Assembly (NCBI GenBank): GCA_051871765.1
Contig: JBJEDF010000051.1
Coordinates: 16,466-80,465 of the forward strand
Reading direction: 5' to 3'
Source: Muribaculaceae bacterium
GTDB taxonomy: Bacteria > Bacteroidota > Bacteroidia > Bacteroidales > Muribaculaceae
Length of the DNA stretch: 64,000 bases
The notes under the pieces were generated by a model. That model worked only from the letters and a program-made list of their open reading frames with translations, was not told the origin of the DNA and searched no databases. Numbering within the stretch: the first letter of the stretch is position 1; each line of letters starts with the position of its first letter. A program made the translations under genes and the position numbers. Positions 1 to 12,388 of this stretch are shown piece after piece.

Positions 1-1119
<1,119 letters not shown>

Positions 1120-1161
1120 TACCATATCTTTAGTGTCACACACATCATACATCTCTCTACT

Positions 1162-2163
1162 GTGAAACTATTCTCTCTTACAAACAATTCCGGCGCAACG
1201 GTGGTGCTGTCATCGATGGGCGCCGGAATTGTTTCTATCATCGTGCCTGACCGCAACGGCAATCTCGCCGATGTGGTCTTAGGCTACCGCAATCCGGCCG
1301 ATTATCTCGCCGACGGGCCCTGTGCCGGCAAGATACCCGGCCGATATGCCAACCGCATCGCCGCCGGCCGTTTCGCTATCGACGGCCACGAATATACCCT
1401 CGCCATCAACAATGGCCCCAACGCCCTCCATGGCGGACCCACCGGCTTTCAAAACCGCGTGTGGCAGGCTCGCGAGGTAGCGCCTGACTGCATCGAGTTT
1501 GCCTATCACAGCGCCGACGGCGAGGAAGGCTATCCCGGCAACCTCGTGGTCACCGCCACTTACACCTGGGACGATGACTGCACCCTCACCCTCGCCCTCA
1601 AGGCTGTCACCGACAAGGCCACCGTGGTCAATCTCACCAACCACACCTACTTCAACCTCGCCGGTCACGACAGCGGCTCCGTGCTCGACCATCAGCTGCA
1701 GCTCTGCGCCTCACGCTATCTGCCCACTGACCCCACGCTGATACCCGTAGGCGAGATGGCTCCCGTGGCAGGCACGCCGATGGATTTCACCGCTCCCAAG
1801 GCCCTCGGCGCCGACATCAAGGCCGACTTCCCCGCGCTGGTCTATGGCAAGGGATATGACAACTGCTGGGTCATTGACGACTATCAGCCCGGTGTGGTGC
1901 GCCTCGCCGCCCGCCTCCACGATGAGCGCTCAGGCCGCACCCTCGAGGTGAGCACTTCGCAGCCCGCCGTGCAGGTATATACCGGCAACTGGCTCGATGG
2001 GTCGCCCGCGAGCAAGTCAGGCCACCAATACCACGACTACGATGCCGTGGCCATCGAGTGCCAGGATATGCCCGACGCCCCCAACAAGCCGCAATTCCCC
2101 TCCACCCTGCTGCGCCCCGGCCAACAGTATCACCGAATAATAAAATTTCATTTCTGTAAATAA
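1162..2163 (+). CDS. galM: Aldose 1-epimerase (galactose mutarotase)
   Basis: GRYANRI, LHGG, NLTNHTYFNL and a catalytic Glu in AIECQ. Follows galK. The GTG start is uncertain. Confidence 0.95.
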   Translation: MKLFSLTNNSGATVVLSSMGAGIVSIIVPDRNGNLADVVLGYRNPADYLADGPCAGKIPGRYANRIAAGRFAIDGHEYTLAINNGPNALHGGPTGFQNRVWQAREVAPDCIEFAYHSADGEEGYPGNLVVTATYTWDDDCTLTLALKAVTDKATVVNLTNHTYFNLAGHDSGSVLDHQLQLCASRYLPTDPTLIPVGEMAPVAGTPMDFTAPKALGADIKADFPALVYGKGYDNCWVIDDYQPGVVRLAARLHDERSGRTLEVSTSQPAVQVYTGNWLDGSPASKSGHQYHDYDAVAIECQDMPDAPNKPQFPSTLLRPGQQYHRIIKFHFCK

Positions 2164-2175
2164 CACATATCTAAT

Positions 2176-3078
2176 ATGAAACCTACACTATTTGTGCTTG
2201 CTGCCGGCATGGGTAGCCGCTATGGCGGCCTTAAGCAGCTCGACGGTCTCGGCCCTCACGGCGAGACCATCATGGACTATTCTATCTACGATGCCCTCCA
2301 CGCCGGTTTCGGCAAAGTCGTCTTTGTCATTCGCAAAGATTTTGAGCAAGACTTCCGCGACAAGGTGCTCTCAAAATATGAAGGTCACATCCCCGTGGAG
2401 GTGGTGTTCCAATCCACTGACAAGCTCCCCGAAGGCTACACCTGCCCCGCCGAGCGCACCAAGCCCTGGGGCACAAACCACGCCGTGCTCATGGGCCGTG
2501 AGGTCATCAACGAGCCTTTTGCCGTGCTCAACGCCGACGACTTCTATGGCCGCAACGCCTTTGAGGTGATAGCTAAAGAGCTCTCGCGCGAGCACACACG
2601 CAAGGGCGACTACTGCATGGTAGGCTTCCGCGTGGGCAACACTATGACCGAAAACGGTTCGGTGTCGCGCGGCGTGTGTGAGAACACCGACGGCCTGCTG
2701 ACATCAGTAGTGGAGCGCACCGCCATCAGCTACGACGCCGACGGCAAAATCGTGTTTACCGACGAAAACGGCGCCGTGCAGACCCTCGACCCCGCTACCC
2801 CCGTGTCAATGAACCTGTGGGGATTTACGCCCGACTACTTTGACTACTCTGATCGCGAGTTCCGTCGCTTCCTCGATGCTCACATCGCCGAGCCCAAGTC
2901 AGAGTTTTATATCCCCACCTGCATCGACACCCTCATCCACAGCGGCGAGGCTACCGTCAAGGTGCTCGACACCGACTCGCGCTGGTTTGGCGTCACTTAC
3001 AGCGAAGATCGCCCCGCCGTGGTGGCCAAATTCGCTCAGCTCCACGCTGACGGCGTATATCCCGAGAAGCTATTCTAA
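2176..3078 (+). CDS. Sugar-phosphate nucleotidyltransferase family protein
   Basis: N-terminal LAAGMGSRYGGLKQ motif, plus KPWGT, NADDFYG and SMNLW. Confidence 0.88.
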   Translation: MKPTLFVLAAGMGSRYGGLKQLDGLGPHGETIMDYSIYDALHAGFGKVVFVIRKDFEQDFRDKVLSKYEGHIPVEVVFQSTDKLPEGYTCPAERTKPWGTNHAVLMGREVINEPFAVLNADDFYGRNAFEVIAKELSREHTRKGDYCMVGFRVGNTMTENGSVSRGVCENTDGLLTSVVERTAISYDADGKIVFTDENGAVQTLDPATPVSMNLWGFTPDYFDYSDREFRRFLDAHIAEPKSEFYIPTCIDTLIHSGEATVKVLDTDSRWFGVTYSEDRPAVVAKFAQLHADGVYPEKLF

Positions 3079-3110
3079 GCCCGACCCTACGGCTTAGCGC
3101 CATCACATAG

Positions 3111-3145
3111 TCCGCGCCCTCCTCTGCGAAGGCGCGGATTTTTTT
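3111..3145 (+). terminator. Rho-independent terminator of the gal operon
   Basis: TCCGCGCC...GGCGCGGA stem followed by T7. Confidence 0.8.
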
Positions 3146-3200
3146 AGGTGTAGCTGATTAGACAAATTGGTCTGATTTGGTGGCCGGGTGGCGGGTGGCA

Positions 3201-3232
3201 TTTGGCTTTGTGAGGAAAAATTACTAATTTTG
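3201..3232 (+). promoter_or_regulatory. Bacteroidetes sigmaA promoter for hppA
   Basis: TTTG (3201-3204), a 20-nt spacer, then TAATTTTG (3225-3232), matching the -33/-7 consensus. Confidence 0.75.
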
Positions 3233-3271
3233 TAGCTTAACAATCAACCCTAAAAATAATACCATAAAGTT

Positions 3272-5479
<2,208 letters not shown>

Positions 5480-5505
5480 TAAGAAACCTAAGCCAATGTT
5501 AATAC

Positions 5506-5555
5506 TCTCCCCCCCTGCCGAGACCGTAAGGCTCACGCGGGGGGGAGATTTTTTT
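5506..5555 (+). terminator. Rho-independent terminator after hppA
   Basis: TCTCCCCCCCTGC...GCGGGGGGGAGA stem followed by T7. Confidence 0.8.
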
Positions 5556-5565
5556 AGGTGTGGGG

Positions 5566-5593
5566 TGTAGCAAATCGCCGGCATCCGCAGTCT
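5566..5593 (+). promoter_or_regulatory. Candidate ECF-type (autoregulatory) promoter
   Basis: TGTAGC-N18-GTCT upstream of the ECF sigma gene. No TAnnTTTG box lies between the terminator and the ATG. Confidence 0.35.
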
Positions 5594-5630
5594 AAGGTAT
5601 AAAAAATGACCAACAACAATCACTGACACA

Positions 5631-6125
5631 ATGAAATCAGACCAACAAGAGTTTGCGCGTCTCGTCAGGGAGCATAAGAGCACGATATATATGGTGTGCT
5701 ATATGTTCTCCAACGATGCCGATGAGGTGGCAGATTTATTTCAAGAGGTGCTCATCAAGCTATGGAGCGGCTTTAAGAGCTTTGAGGGGCGCAGCGCCGT
5801 CAAGACGTGGGTCTATCGCGTGGCGCTGAACACCTGTATCACCCTCGACGAGAAAAAGAAGCGTCGCAGCAAGGCGCGCGAGCAGCTGGCTATGGATATA
5901 GATATCTTCACAGCCACCGACCGCAACAGCGAGCAAGCGCGCTTGCTCCACAGCCGCATCAATCAGCTGCCGCCCCTTGACCGCGCCTTGGTGCTGCTAT
6001 GGCTCGAGGATATCAGCTATGAAGAGATCGGCGCCATCGTGGGCATCTCGCCCAAGAATGTGTCGGTGCGCCTCTATCGCATACGTCAGCAGCTTAAGAG
6101 CATGTCGTCGGCCGACAATGACTAA
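5631..6125 (+). CDS. ECF-family RNA polymerase sigma-70 factor
   Basis: Region 2 DLFQEVLIKLW...TWVYRVALN and region 4 SYEEIGAIVGISPKNVSVRLYR; 164 aa. Confidence 0.93.
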   Translation: MKSDQQEFARLVREHKSTIYMVCYMFSNDADEVADLFQEVLIKLWSGFKSFEGRSAVKTWVYRVALNTCITLDEKKKRRSKAREQLAMDIDIFTATDRNSEQARLLHSRINQLPPLDRALVLLWLEDISYEEIGAIVGISPKNVSVRLYRIRQQLKSMSSADND

Positions 6126-6176
6126 TACTTAATAAACATATCACACCACCACCCCTTACACCTAAAGCAACCCAAT

Positions 6177-6800
6177 ATGGAAACCAAAGCCCCCAACAAC
6201 GATATAGATCAGATGAGAGCGCAGCTCGAGAGCCTGCGTCAGAGCCTTGACCACCAAGAGATTGTCAACGAGCGGCTGATAGCCAAGTCAATGAAGAGCC
6301 GCATGTCGTGGCTTAAGAAATACATCATCATGGAGGCCTGCCTGATACCGGTGATAGCAATATTATGGCTGGAGCTGAAGATGGCACTCGGCCTGTCGTG
6401 GCTTAACTATGCCTTCCTTATGGTGATGGTTGTGATTGATGTGTATATCGACTATCTCATCAATCTGCATGGCCTCAGCGATGCCGATTACAGCAAGGAC
6501 AATCTCATAGCCACCGTGTCAAAGCTTGTGGTGATGAAGCGCCGACGCACCATACAGATGGTGGTGACTGTGCCCTTAGTGATAGTGTGGGTGCTCTGGA
6601 CCGGTCTCGAGGCTTACGCTTCGCTGGCCACGACAGCTGAGCCTATGTTGCGCGCATTCATCTTCGGGGCGCTGATAGGCTGCGCCATCGGTGGTGTGGC
6701 CGGGCTGATATTCGCATTTTACATCTATCGCAAGATGCAGCGCACCAACGACGATGTGATATCTCAAATCAACGAATACACCACCGAGAGCAATGATTAA
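6177..6800 (+). CDS. Four-TM membrane protein, putative anti-sigma factor
   Basis: Short soluble helical N-terminus plus four hydrophobic segments, immediately downstream of the ECF sigma. Confidence 0.7.
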   Translation: METKAPNNDIDQMRAQLESLRQSLDHQEIVNERLIAKSMKSRMSWLKKYIIMEACLIPVIAILWLELKMALGLSWLNYAFLMVMVVIDVYIDYLINLHGLSDADYSKDNLIATVSKLVVMKRRRTIQMVVTVPLVIVWVLWTGLEAYASLATTAEPMLRAFIFGALIGCAIGGVAGLIFAFYIYRKMQRTNDDVISQINEYTTESND

Positions 6801-7932
6801 GAAAATACTGAAATTCATTGTGGCGGCGCTTGTGGGCGGCGTCATAGGCCTGGCAGGCGCTGCTGTGGTGCTTGTGGCCGTCAAAGATGATGTTACCTTC
6901 AGCGGCGTCATTGACAAGCTGGCATCGGCGCAGTGGACTGATGCCGCCGTGGGAGGGCTGATAGCCGTAGGCGCATTGATAGTGTCGGTGCCTGTCCACA
7001 CCCTGCTCCACGAGGCCGGGCATCTGGTGTGCGGCCTCGCCACCGGCTATGAGTTTGTGTCATTTCGCATCTTCAGCTTCACCATCATACGCCTTGACGG
7101 CAAGCTGTGCCTGCGCCGCTATGCTATAGCAGGCACGGGAGGCCAGTGCCTGCTGACACCGGCCGCCGATGTCGCTCCGGAGCGTATGCCGGTGATGTGG
7201 TACAATGCCGGCGGCGTTCTCGCCAATGCCGTCACGCTGGCTGCCGTGGCGCCCCTGCTGCTGTGCGAGATGCCCGCCGAGGCCAAGGAGGCGCTGTTAG
7301 TGTTTGAGCTGATAGGGTTGATGATACTGCTCACCAATGCTATCCCCATCAATGCCGGCGGCATACGCAATGATGCCTCCAATATGTTGCTGATGCGCCG
7401 CGATGGCCTCAGCCGCCGTGCTCTCTATGTGCAGCTGCGCGCCAATGCGCTGATGCAGCAGGGTGTGCGGCCCAAGGATATGCCCGCCGAGTGGTCTCAG
7501 ATGAGCCCCGACTTTGATTGCCGCAATTCGTTGGTGCTGGCGCAATATATGCTGCACATAGCGGTGCTTATGGACAATGGCGACAACGAGGCGGCGCTAA
7601 CGGCCCTCGAGAGCCTCCACGCTCGCCGCAAAGTGATTATGGGGCTGCTGGTCAAGGAGATAGAGTGCGAGATAGTATATACCGCTCTGGCCACCGGCCG
7701 CCACGAGCGCGCTGCCGAGCTGCTGACGCCTCAGCTGCTGCAGTATCTCAAGACTTACAGCAAGGTCAGCAGCGCCAAGTCGCGATGTCTCTACGCCATA
7801 GCATTATATCACGACCACGATGGCGATGCCGCGCAGCGCATCTACGACGGCGTGGTCAGCCGCCGCGACAAGTATCTGATGCAAGGCGAGGTGGCGTCAG
7901 ACCTCGAGCTTATGTCGCGCTTGCCGCGGTGA
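6793..7932 (+). CDS. M50-like (site-2 protease) membrane metallopeptidase with a C-terminal helical/TPR-like region
   Basis: HEAGH at the end of a TM segment and a downstream NAIP...RNDA third-ligand motif. Overlaps the preceding gene. Confidence 0.78.
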   Translation: MIKKILKFIVAALVGGVIGLAGAAVVLVAVKDDVTFSGVIDKLASAQWTDAAVGGLIAVGALIVSVPVHTLLHEAGHLVCGLATGYEFVSFRIFSFTIIRLDGKLCLRRYAIAGTGGQCLLTPAADVAPERMPVMWYNAGGVLANAVTLAAVAPLLLCEMPAEAKEALLVFELIGLMILLTNAIPINAGGIRNDASNMLLMRRDGLSRRALYVQLRANALMQQGVRPKDMPAEWSQMSPDFDCRNSLVLAQYMLHIAVLMDNGDNEAALTALESLHARRKVIMGLLVKEIECEIVYTALATGRHERAAELLTPQLLQYLKTYSKVSSAKSRCLYAIALYHDHDGDAAQRIYDGVVSRRDKYLMQGEVASDLELMSRLPR

Positions 7933-8812
7933 TGACGCGCAGCGTGGCTTCGCGGTCGAGCGTCAGCTGCCGCTGCAAGGCCGCTATGTCGGCAAATTGC
8001 ATCTCACCCCTGAGGCGCTCCACAAAGGCGAGCCGCAGATGGCACCCATAGATGTCGGCATCGAGGCCAATGATGTGCGCCTCGATGGTGCGCTCACCGT
8101 GGGTGGCCACCGTGGGGCGGCATCCTATGTTGGTCATCGCTGTGAGAGGGGTGTCGTAGCCCTCCACTGTGGCAATGCAGGCATAGACGCCGTCGGCCGG
8201 CAATAGCTGCTCGGCGACATCGGGCGCCATATTGGCGGTTGGGAAATTGATGGTGCGCCCCAGATGATGACCGCTGACCACCGTGCCCGAGATAGAGTAA
8301 TACCGGCCGAGCATCGCCCGGGCTTGAGCCATATCTCCGGCAGCCACGGCGCGGCGCACCATAGAGCTGCTGACTCTCAGACCCTCCACCTCGGTGCATT
8401 GCAGCACCTCTACGTGAGCTGCCTCGCCGGCGCGGCGGTAATCGTCAAAGGTGCTCAGACGGTCGCTGCCGAAGTTGTGGTTAAAGCCCATCAGCAACGC
8501 CTTTACGCCATAGTCGGCCGCTAACAGCCGCATGAAATCGGCGGCAGTGAGGCGGCGCACAGACGCAAAGTCAAGCACCACCACGTCAACACCCGGGCGG
8601 CGCAGCGCCTCCACTCTCTCCGGGAGCGACATCAGCACTCGCGGCGCTCTCTCCGGGGCGATGACGCGCAGCGGATGAGACTCAAAGGTGACAGCCACCG
8701 GGGCCAGCGAGCGTGACGCCCCCTCGCGCCGCAGTTGCTGCAGCAGGTGTATGTGACCGCGATGCACGCCGTCAAACATGCCTATCGTTGCTATCACGCC
8801 TGAGAGAGCCAT
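7910..8812 (-). CDS. ribF: Bifunctional riboflavin kinase / FAD synthetase
   Basis: GMFDGVHRGH, VSSSMVR, GRTINFPTAN, NIGCRPT and IEAH motifs. Confidence 0.95.
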   Translation of the reverse strand: MALSGVIATIGMFDGVHRGHIHLLQQLRREGASRSLAPVAVTFESHPLRVIAPERAPRVLMSLPERVEALRRPGVDVVVLDFASVRRLTAADFMRLLAADYGVKALLMGFNHNFGSDRLSTFDDYRRAGEAAHVEVLQCTEVEGLRVSSSMVRRAVAAGDMAQARAMLGRYYSISGTVVSGHHLGRTINFPTANMAPDVAEQLLPADGVYACIATVEGYDTPLTAMTNIGCRPTVATHGERTIEAHIIGLDADIYGCHLRLAFVERLRGEMQFADIAALQRQLTLDREATLRVITAASAT

Positions 8813-9429
8813 CGCTGCAGCACATCGGTAAATTCGGTGCCGGGGGGCACCACCACGGCGTTGTATCCCGCGGCTATTGCAGCCGCTACATTGGTAGCCG
8901 AGTCGTCAAAGAAGAGAGTCTGCTCCGGCGCGATGCCCAGCGTGGCGGCGGTGTGGTCAAAGATGCGCCTGTCGGGCTTGAGACACTTTGCCTCAAACGA
9001 GGTCACGATGCCTCCGGCAAAATAGTCCTCGCGCGCGTGGCCGTCGATGGCAAAATAGTCGCGTATGGCCGACCCCCACATGATGGGGTTGGTATTGCTC
9101 AGCAGGCATATATTGTACTTGTGGTTGAGATGCTCCAAGGCGCGCAGACGGGCCACGGGGATGCCCAGCAAGAAGGCGTTGAAGGCGGCGTCAATCTGAG
9201 CATCGCTGACGCCCGCGCGTAGCTCACGGCCCACCAGTGTGTGAAATTGCTCCACCGTGATGGCTCCTTGCTCGATGTCGCGGAAGGGCCCTTGCTGCGA
9301 AAAGTCGCCGAAAAAGCGGCCGGCATCGCGCATGCCCAGCGCCTCAAAGGCTCTGATGCAGCAATTCTTGTCGATGTCCATTATCACTCCGCCAAGGTCA
9401 AAGAGCAGGTTCTTTATGTCTATAGCCAT
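8794..9429 (-). CDS. HAD-family phosphatase (YihX-like)
   Basis: Motif I FDLGGV, motif II LSNTN, motif III KPD and motif IV FFDD. Confidence 0.9.
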   Translation of the reverse strand: MAIDIKNLLFDLGGVIMDIDKNCCIRAFEALGMRDAGRFFGDFSQQGPFRDIEQGAITVEQFHTLVGRELRAGVSDAQIDAAFNAFLLGIPVARLRALEHLNHKYNICLLSNTNPIMWGSAIRDYFAIDGHAREDYFAGGIVTSFEAKCLKPDRRIFDHTAATLGIAPEQTLFFDDSATNVAAAIAAGYNAVVVPPGTEFTDVLQRWLSQA

Positions 9430-9531
9430 AATATGCGTTGGTATATGTTAGTCTTAGCGGCAAGCAGGGTAGGGTGGGCGGCGATGGCGGCGCTTCAGCC
9501 CCCCACGCGCGTAACTGCCGTTTTATCTCTG

Positions 9532-9622
9532 CAAAGTTACGCAGTAATGTGGCAATGACGAAATTTCGCAGCGCTTTTTTTGCGCCACACTATGCCGATA
9601 TGGTGAAATTTCGCTAATTTTG
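9532..9622. promoter_or_regulatory. Divergent pair of -7 promoter boxes (HAD/ribF leftward, response regulator rightward)
   Basis: TAACTTTG on the minus strand at 9532-9539 and TAATTTTG on the plus strand at 9615-9622. Confidence 0.65.
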
Positions 9623-9641
9623 CAAAAACAATACATCAGCG

Positions 9642-10364
9642 ATGTCAGGCATAAAACCATCAGCAGGCACGGTAATGGTCATCGAAGACGACCCACACAT
9701 AGCCCGGATGCTGCAGCTCAACTTGCGCAGCGAGGGCTATGAGGTGGTCACCGTCTCCGATATGTCAGGCATCGATGAGCGCACGCTCGAGGGTGTGCAC
9801 GTAGTGGTGGCGTCATGCTCGGCTGCCGGCGCTGACAACATCGGCTTTGCGCGCCGCCTGCGTTCGTCGGCTGCTACCGCCGCCATAGGCCTGATAGTGT
9901 GCGCGCCCTTCGACGGCAGCCGCTCCGTCATTGACACCCTCGATGCCGGCGCTGACGACTGCCTCGCCAAGCCCTATTCGCTCAGCGAGCTGCTGGCACG
10001 CATACGAGCGCTGCTGCGTCGGCGCCGCGGCGGTGCTTTGGGCCATGAGCCTATCATGACGGCTCCTCACGAGCTGACTCTCAGTCGCGAACTGGCGGTG
10101 GCGCGCGTTGGCGACAATAGCGTGGCGCTGTCGGCCACCGAGGCCGATATCCTTGCCGAGCTGCTGCGATATGCGGGCTGCTACACCTCGCGCGTGGCCA
10201 TCTTCAACGCCGTGTGGCCCGAGGCCGCCACCACCAACCTGCGCGTGGTGGATACCAACATCTCGCGGCTGCGCCACAAGCTGGAGCCTCTGGGTGTGAC
10301 TATCGTCAACCGCCAGGGCCTCGGCTACATGCTCTCTGACAATAACAAGCACGAACTATTCTAA
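9642..10364 (+). CDS. OmpR/PhoB-family response regulator with degenerate receiver domain
   Basis: IEDD, GADDCLAKPY and ELLARIRALLRR, with a winged helix RVVDTNISRLRHKL...GLGY. The phospho-accepting Asp position is not Asp. Confidence 0.85.
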   Translation: MSGIKPSAGTVMVIEDDPHIARMLQLNLRSEGYEVVTVSDMSGIDERTLEGVHVVVASCSAAGADNIGFARRLRSSAATAAIGLIVCAPFDGSRSVIDTLDAGADDCLAKPYSLSELLARIRALLRRRRGGALGHEPIMTAPHELTLSRELAVARVGDNSVALSATEADILAELLRYAGCYTSRVAIFNAVWPEAATTNLRVVDTNISRLRHKLEPLGVTIVNRQGLGYMLSDNNKHELF

Positions 10365-10403
10365 CCCACTCACCCACATATACATCAAAACCACTATCAA
10401 GCA

Positions 10404-11306
10404 ATGACACTATATCCGCGACCACTCAAGCGAGGCGACAAGGTGGCGATATGCTCACCCGCCGGACCAATAGCTGCCGAGAAAGTAGAGGGCGCCGCCG
10501 CCGTGCTCCGCGACCACGGCTGGGAGGTAGAGATAATGCCCCACACCTTTGGGCGCAACGGCTATTATAGCGGCACCGCCGAGGAGCGCTACGACGACCT
10601 CAGCCGTGCGCTGCTCGACCCCACGGTGAGAGCCGTGATATGCTCGCGCGGTGGATATGGCGTGGTGCATATCCTCGATAAGCTCTCGCGCTTGCCGCTG
10701 GCCGATGACCCCAAGTGGGTGGCCGGCTTCTCGGATATCTCGGCGCTCCATGCCCTGATGGCCTCTAAAGGCATAGCCAGCATACACAGCTCCATGACCG
10801 GGCATATAATGCTCGGCCTCGATGACCCCGACAACGCAGCGCTCGTCAGCATCCTCGAGGGCGAGCGCCCTGCCTATACCTTCCCGGCGCACGAATATGA
10901 CCGCCAGGGCATCGCCGACGGCACCCTCCTCGGCGGCAATGTGGCTGTGCTCGCCGAGCTGATAGGCACACCCTATGATATCATGCGCCCTGACACCATA
11001 CTCTTCATCGAAGATGTGGCCGAGCCCATCTATAAGATAGAGCGGCAGCTGTATCAGCTCAAGCTCAGAGGCGTGCTCTCGCAGCTGCGCGGCCTGATAG
11101 TGGGCCAATTCACCGAATATAAGGCTGACGAAAATCACAGCTCTATGGAGGCTATGGTGCGCGATATGGTGGCTGAGTACAGCTACCCCGTGGCCTACAA
11201 TGTGCCCATAGGCCATGTGGATCACAATATACCGGTGATAGAGAGCGCCCACGTCACGCTCAAGGTGTCACCCTCCGGCACTAATTCGCTGATATTCTGG
11301 CGCTAA
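10404..11306 (+). CDS. ldcA: LD-carboxypeptidase (peptidase S66)
   Basis: SRGGYG, catalytic GFSDIS, FIEDVAE and IGH. Confidence 0.92.
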   Translation: MTLYPRPLKRGDKVAICSPAGPIAAEKVEGAAAVLRDHGWEVEIMPHTFGRNGYYSGTAEERYDDLSRALLDPTVRAVICSRGGYGVVHILDKLSRLPLADDPKWVAGFSDISALHALMASKGIASIHSSMTGHIMLGLDDPDNAALVSILEGERPAYTFPAHEYDRQGIADGTLLGGNVAVLAELIGTPYDIMRPDTILFIEDVAEPIYKIERQLYQLKLRGVLSQLRGLIVGQFTEYKADENHSSMEAMVRDMVAEYSYPVAYNVPIGHVDHNIPVIESAHVTLKVSPSGTNSLIFWR

Positions 11307-11311
11307 GACTG

Positions 11312-12049
11312 CTAAATAGGGAAGGCATACGCTTTCAGCTCGCGGTGGAGCTGCTTCTCCTGTCCATCGCAATAGCGGTTGCAGCACTCATGAAAGGCGG
11401 CTGAATGGTCGGGGTGGCTGATGTGTGCCAATTCGTGACATACCACAAAGTCCAAAAGCCTGTCAGGCAGGAAGATACAATAGCAGCTGATGGTGATTAT
11501 GTGGTCGGCCGTGCAGCGGCCCAGCTGCCCCCTGCCGCGGCCCACGCGCCACGCCTTGACCTTCACGCCCAGCCGCTCGGCTATCGGCATGATGTGAGTG
11601 CGCAGCTTGGCGAGCATCTCTAAGTAGGCAAGCCGCATCACCAACCGGCGTATCAGCGTCACCGCCTCGGTGCTGCCATATTGATACTGCTGCGACAGCC
11701 TGAAGATATAGAGCTTGGGGTCTGTGCGGTCGCGCAGCAGCTCGGCCGGGTGTGAGCCGTGGCAATCACCATGCTCAAAGCGCACTGTCGCCGACCCTAC
11801 TGCCAACAGCCCTCCGGCGGCTATCTGCTCACCTCGCCACGTGAGGGAGGCGCGCGCAGCTAAAAATTTATCGGTATTAGCCTCTAATAGCTGCATAAAG
11901 TAGTCAACCGGCACTCCCGGCGGCATTTTCGCCACGAGACAGTCGGCGCGCCATGATATAGCGATGCTGCGCATATTGCGCTGCACCATCACCTTGACGA
12001 TGCCCAGCCGCTGATGGCTGAAGGTGCATGATTGTAAGTATCCCGACAT
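11312..12049 (-). CDS. YgjP/DUF45-like zinc metallohydrolase
   Basis: LGRC...DFVVCHELAH..HPDHSAAF motif. Confidence 0.78.
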   Translation of the reverse strand: MSGYLQSCTFSHQRLGIVKVMVQRNMRSIAISWRADCLVAKMPPGVPVDYFMQLLEANTDKFLAARASLTWRGEQIAAGGLLAVGSATVRFEHGDCHGSHPAELLRDRTDPKLYIFRLSQQYQYGSTEAVTLIRRLVMRLAYLEMLAKLRTHIMPIAERLGVKVKAWRVGRGRGQLGRCTADHIITISCYCIFLPDRLLDFVVCHELAHISHPDHSAAFHECCNRYCDGQEKQLHRELKAYAFPI

Positions 12050-12322
12050 ATTGCGTTGCGAGCTTGTGCTGCTGCAAAGTTAGTGATTATTTTGTCACAA
12101 ATAGCAGCCATCGAGCGTCTGTTATGTGCTGTGCCATAAATCAATGGGCAGCCGTAAGGTGTTATAGATATACAATGTGAGCCGGTGCAGATGATAGTAA
12201 ATGGAGAAGATATAGGTGTTAAGGGACAATTATTGTTCGATTTTTGCAATTTTTAAAGGGGGGGTTCTCAAAATGTCCAACATTTTTGAATAATAGTCCA
12301 CACGACAATCAAAAAAAGTGAG

Positions 12323-12330
12323 TAACTTTG
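12323..12330 (+). promoter_or_regulatory. -7 promoter box for the RND operon
   Basis: TAACTTTG 58 nt upstream of the ATG. A divergent box for the YgjP-like gene lies at 12075-12082. Confidence 0.65.
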
Positions 12331-12388
12331 CAGCGATTTTAGGTACACACAATTAATTAATAGGAAATTAACAGACCAAATAATAAAT

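Noticed and set aside
9430-9531. Possible FMN riboswitch ahead of the HAD-ribF operon
   Set aside because: The leader lacks the conserved FMN aptamer sequences and is too short.
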